A stretch of DNA of 64,000 nt from Octopus bimaculoides. Lineage: Eukaryota. The position numbers and the translations under genes are program-made. The notes under the pieces were generated by a model. That model worked only from the letters and a program-made list of their open reading frames with translations, searched no databases and was not told where the DNA came from. The stretch spans positions 133,743,883-133,807,882 of the forward strand of contig NC_068982.1 of assembly GCF_001194135.2 (NCBI RefSeq), given 5' to 3'. Shown here piece by piece: positions 62,240-64,000 of the stretch (positions are counted from its first letter, which is position 1; each line of letters begins with the position of its first letter).

Positions 62240-63900
62240 TAATTTAAGCACAAGGCCAGTAAATTTGGGGGAGGAGTTTAGTTGAAAGCATCAACCCCAG
62301 TACTTGATCACTTACAGCAAGAAACTTGTTCTGGCCCCTTTTCTATCACTTTGACTTTTTATCTCATTACATAAAGCCACTTTCCTCTCCACTGTAGCTC
62401 CTCTCAGCTGAAGGAGATCTTAATTTTGCAGGTTGCACTGCAACCTCATGGCTGTGCCTTGCAAAAAAAGAGTATCCAGTACACACTGTAGAGTTGTTCG
62501 TGTCAAGAAGGGCAGCCAGCTGTAGAAACCCTGTCAAAGCAGACGTTGGAGTGCGATACAGTTTTCAAACCCTTTCAATCTTATTGAACCATCAAACCCA
62601 TGCTTGCATGGAACATTGATGTTAAATGATGATGACCCCGCAGGGATGAAAGGAAAAGCAAAGTTGATCTTGACAAGATTTAAACTCAGAACATAAAAGG
62701 CCAAAAGAAATGCCACAAGGCATTTTTTTGTGCTCATCCACCACCCTTATAATCTTAATAATGATAATTGTTTTAAATTTGGGCTCAAGGCAGCAGTTTT
62801 AGTGAGAGTGGTCTATTTGATTACACCAAAACCCAGTGCTTGACTGGTACTTTGATTTATTAACCTTCCAAGAATGAAAAGCAAAATTTGCCTCTCTTCC
62901 TTTCATGGTCAATAAGGGGTTCATGTAATCATCTTCTTTCCCTTAAAACTGTTAAGATAAGAAAAAAATTGCTGTTGTTGTTGTTGCGTGAGCGAGCAGT
63001 GCATGCCATCAAAGTGACACTGGGGTAAAATATTATTATTATTATTATTGAGCTGACTAAATCGCTAGCATACTGGTCAAAATGCTTAGTGGCATTTCAT
63101 CCATCTTCACGTTCTGAGTTCAAGTTCTGCCTAGGTCAACTTTGCCTTTCATCCTTTCTGGGTCGATAAAGTACCAGCGAAACACTGGGGTCGATGTAAT
63201 CCACTCGTCCTCTCCCCACAAGTTTCAGACTTTGTGCCTATAAAAGAAAGGATTATTATTATTATCATTATTAAGGCAGCAAGCTGACAGGAGCATTGGC
63301 ATGCCAGACAAAATGCTGAGTGGCATTTTCTCCATCTTTACATTCTCAGTTCAAATTCTGCTGATGTCAGCATTGCCTTTCAGTATCGATAAATTAAGTA
63401 CCAGTCAAGTACTAGTGTTGATATGATTGACTTATCCCCTCGCCAACAAATTTCAGGCCTTGTGCTTATAGTAGAAAGGATTATTGTTATCATGGCAACC
63501 TGGCTGAATTGTTAGAACACAGGACAAAATGTTTAGCATTTGGTCCTTCTATTACAGTCTGAATTCACATTCCACAGAAGTCAACTTTACCTTTCAACCT
63601 TTAGGGGTCAATGAACTAGGTACCAGGTGACTGTAATTGTCTAGCACTCTCCCATCAAATTTTAGGCCTTGTGTCTATAATAGAAAGGTTTGTTGTTGTT
63701 GTTATGGTGGTGCATTAGCACATCAGAGAAGATGCCTAGTAGTATTTCATCCAGCTCAACCTAAGTTCAAATCCCACTGAAGTCAGCTTTCCCTTCCATC
63801 CTTTTAGATTCAATAAAATTGTCAGTCAGGACTAGGGTCAGTGTAATCAACTAGTCCCATTCCCTCAAAAATTACTACCCTTGTGCCTTAGTAGGAATTA
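62240..63900. mobile_element. Second mixed-orientation family C SINE array: about 3 minus fragments, then 4 plus copies at about 63045, 63272, 63492 and 63705
   Basis: Repeated A/B-box heads and GCCTTTCATCCTTT core with (ATT)n/(GTT)n spacers. Confidence 0.85.
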
Positions 63901-64000
63901 TTATTTCCCCCTGGAGGAGTAAAAGCCAACTCTATTTGAACCTGGAATTGATGTAAATAAATAACAGCAATTTTCCACTGTTTCTACCCCCAGACCATCC

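Noticed and set aside
4592-63900. tRNA genes suggested by many A-box/B-box pairs
   Set aside because: All are SINE heads continuing into SINE bodies, and none forms a complete cloverleaf by eye. No rRNA or tRNA gene is supported.

Overview
AT-rich, repeat-dense eukaryotic genomic DNA. The SINE repertoire (three to four tRNA-headed or RTE-tailed families with ATT, CAT and TA tails) is one I recognise as typical of Octopus; this is inference, with no database search. The window has no long ORF. The supplied ORFs are almost all translations of microsatellites, SINEs or N-gaps. Reading splice signals by eye gives a fragmentary + strand gene with very long introns and no start codon in the window. 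It has several short phase-1/phase-1 exons (63, 63, 72 and 72 nt, plus a 15-nt microexon candidate), three of which share a ~21-24 aa repeat motif. It also has candidate alternative terminal exons and a tight exon cluster at 51.4-53.1 kb whose joined translation looks like a ubiquitin-like (FERM-F1/RA-type) fold. I cannot name the gene. The introns carry decayed LINEs (CR1/L2-type and R4/Dong-type), MITEs, a Helentron-like element, two TA-flanked fold-back elements, and tandem or inverted SINE arrays that could form dsRNA. Six N-gaps are present, two of them with duplicated flanks that look like assembly artefacts. All exon calls are manual predictions and need transcript evidence.
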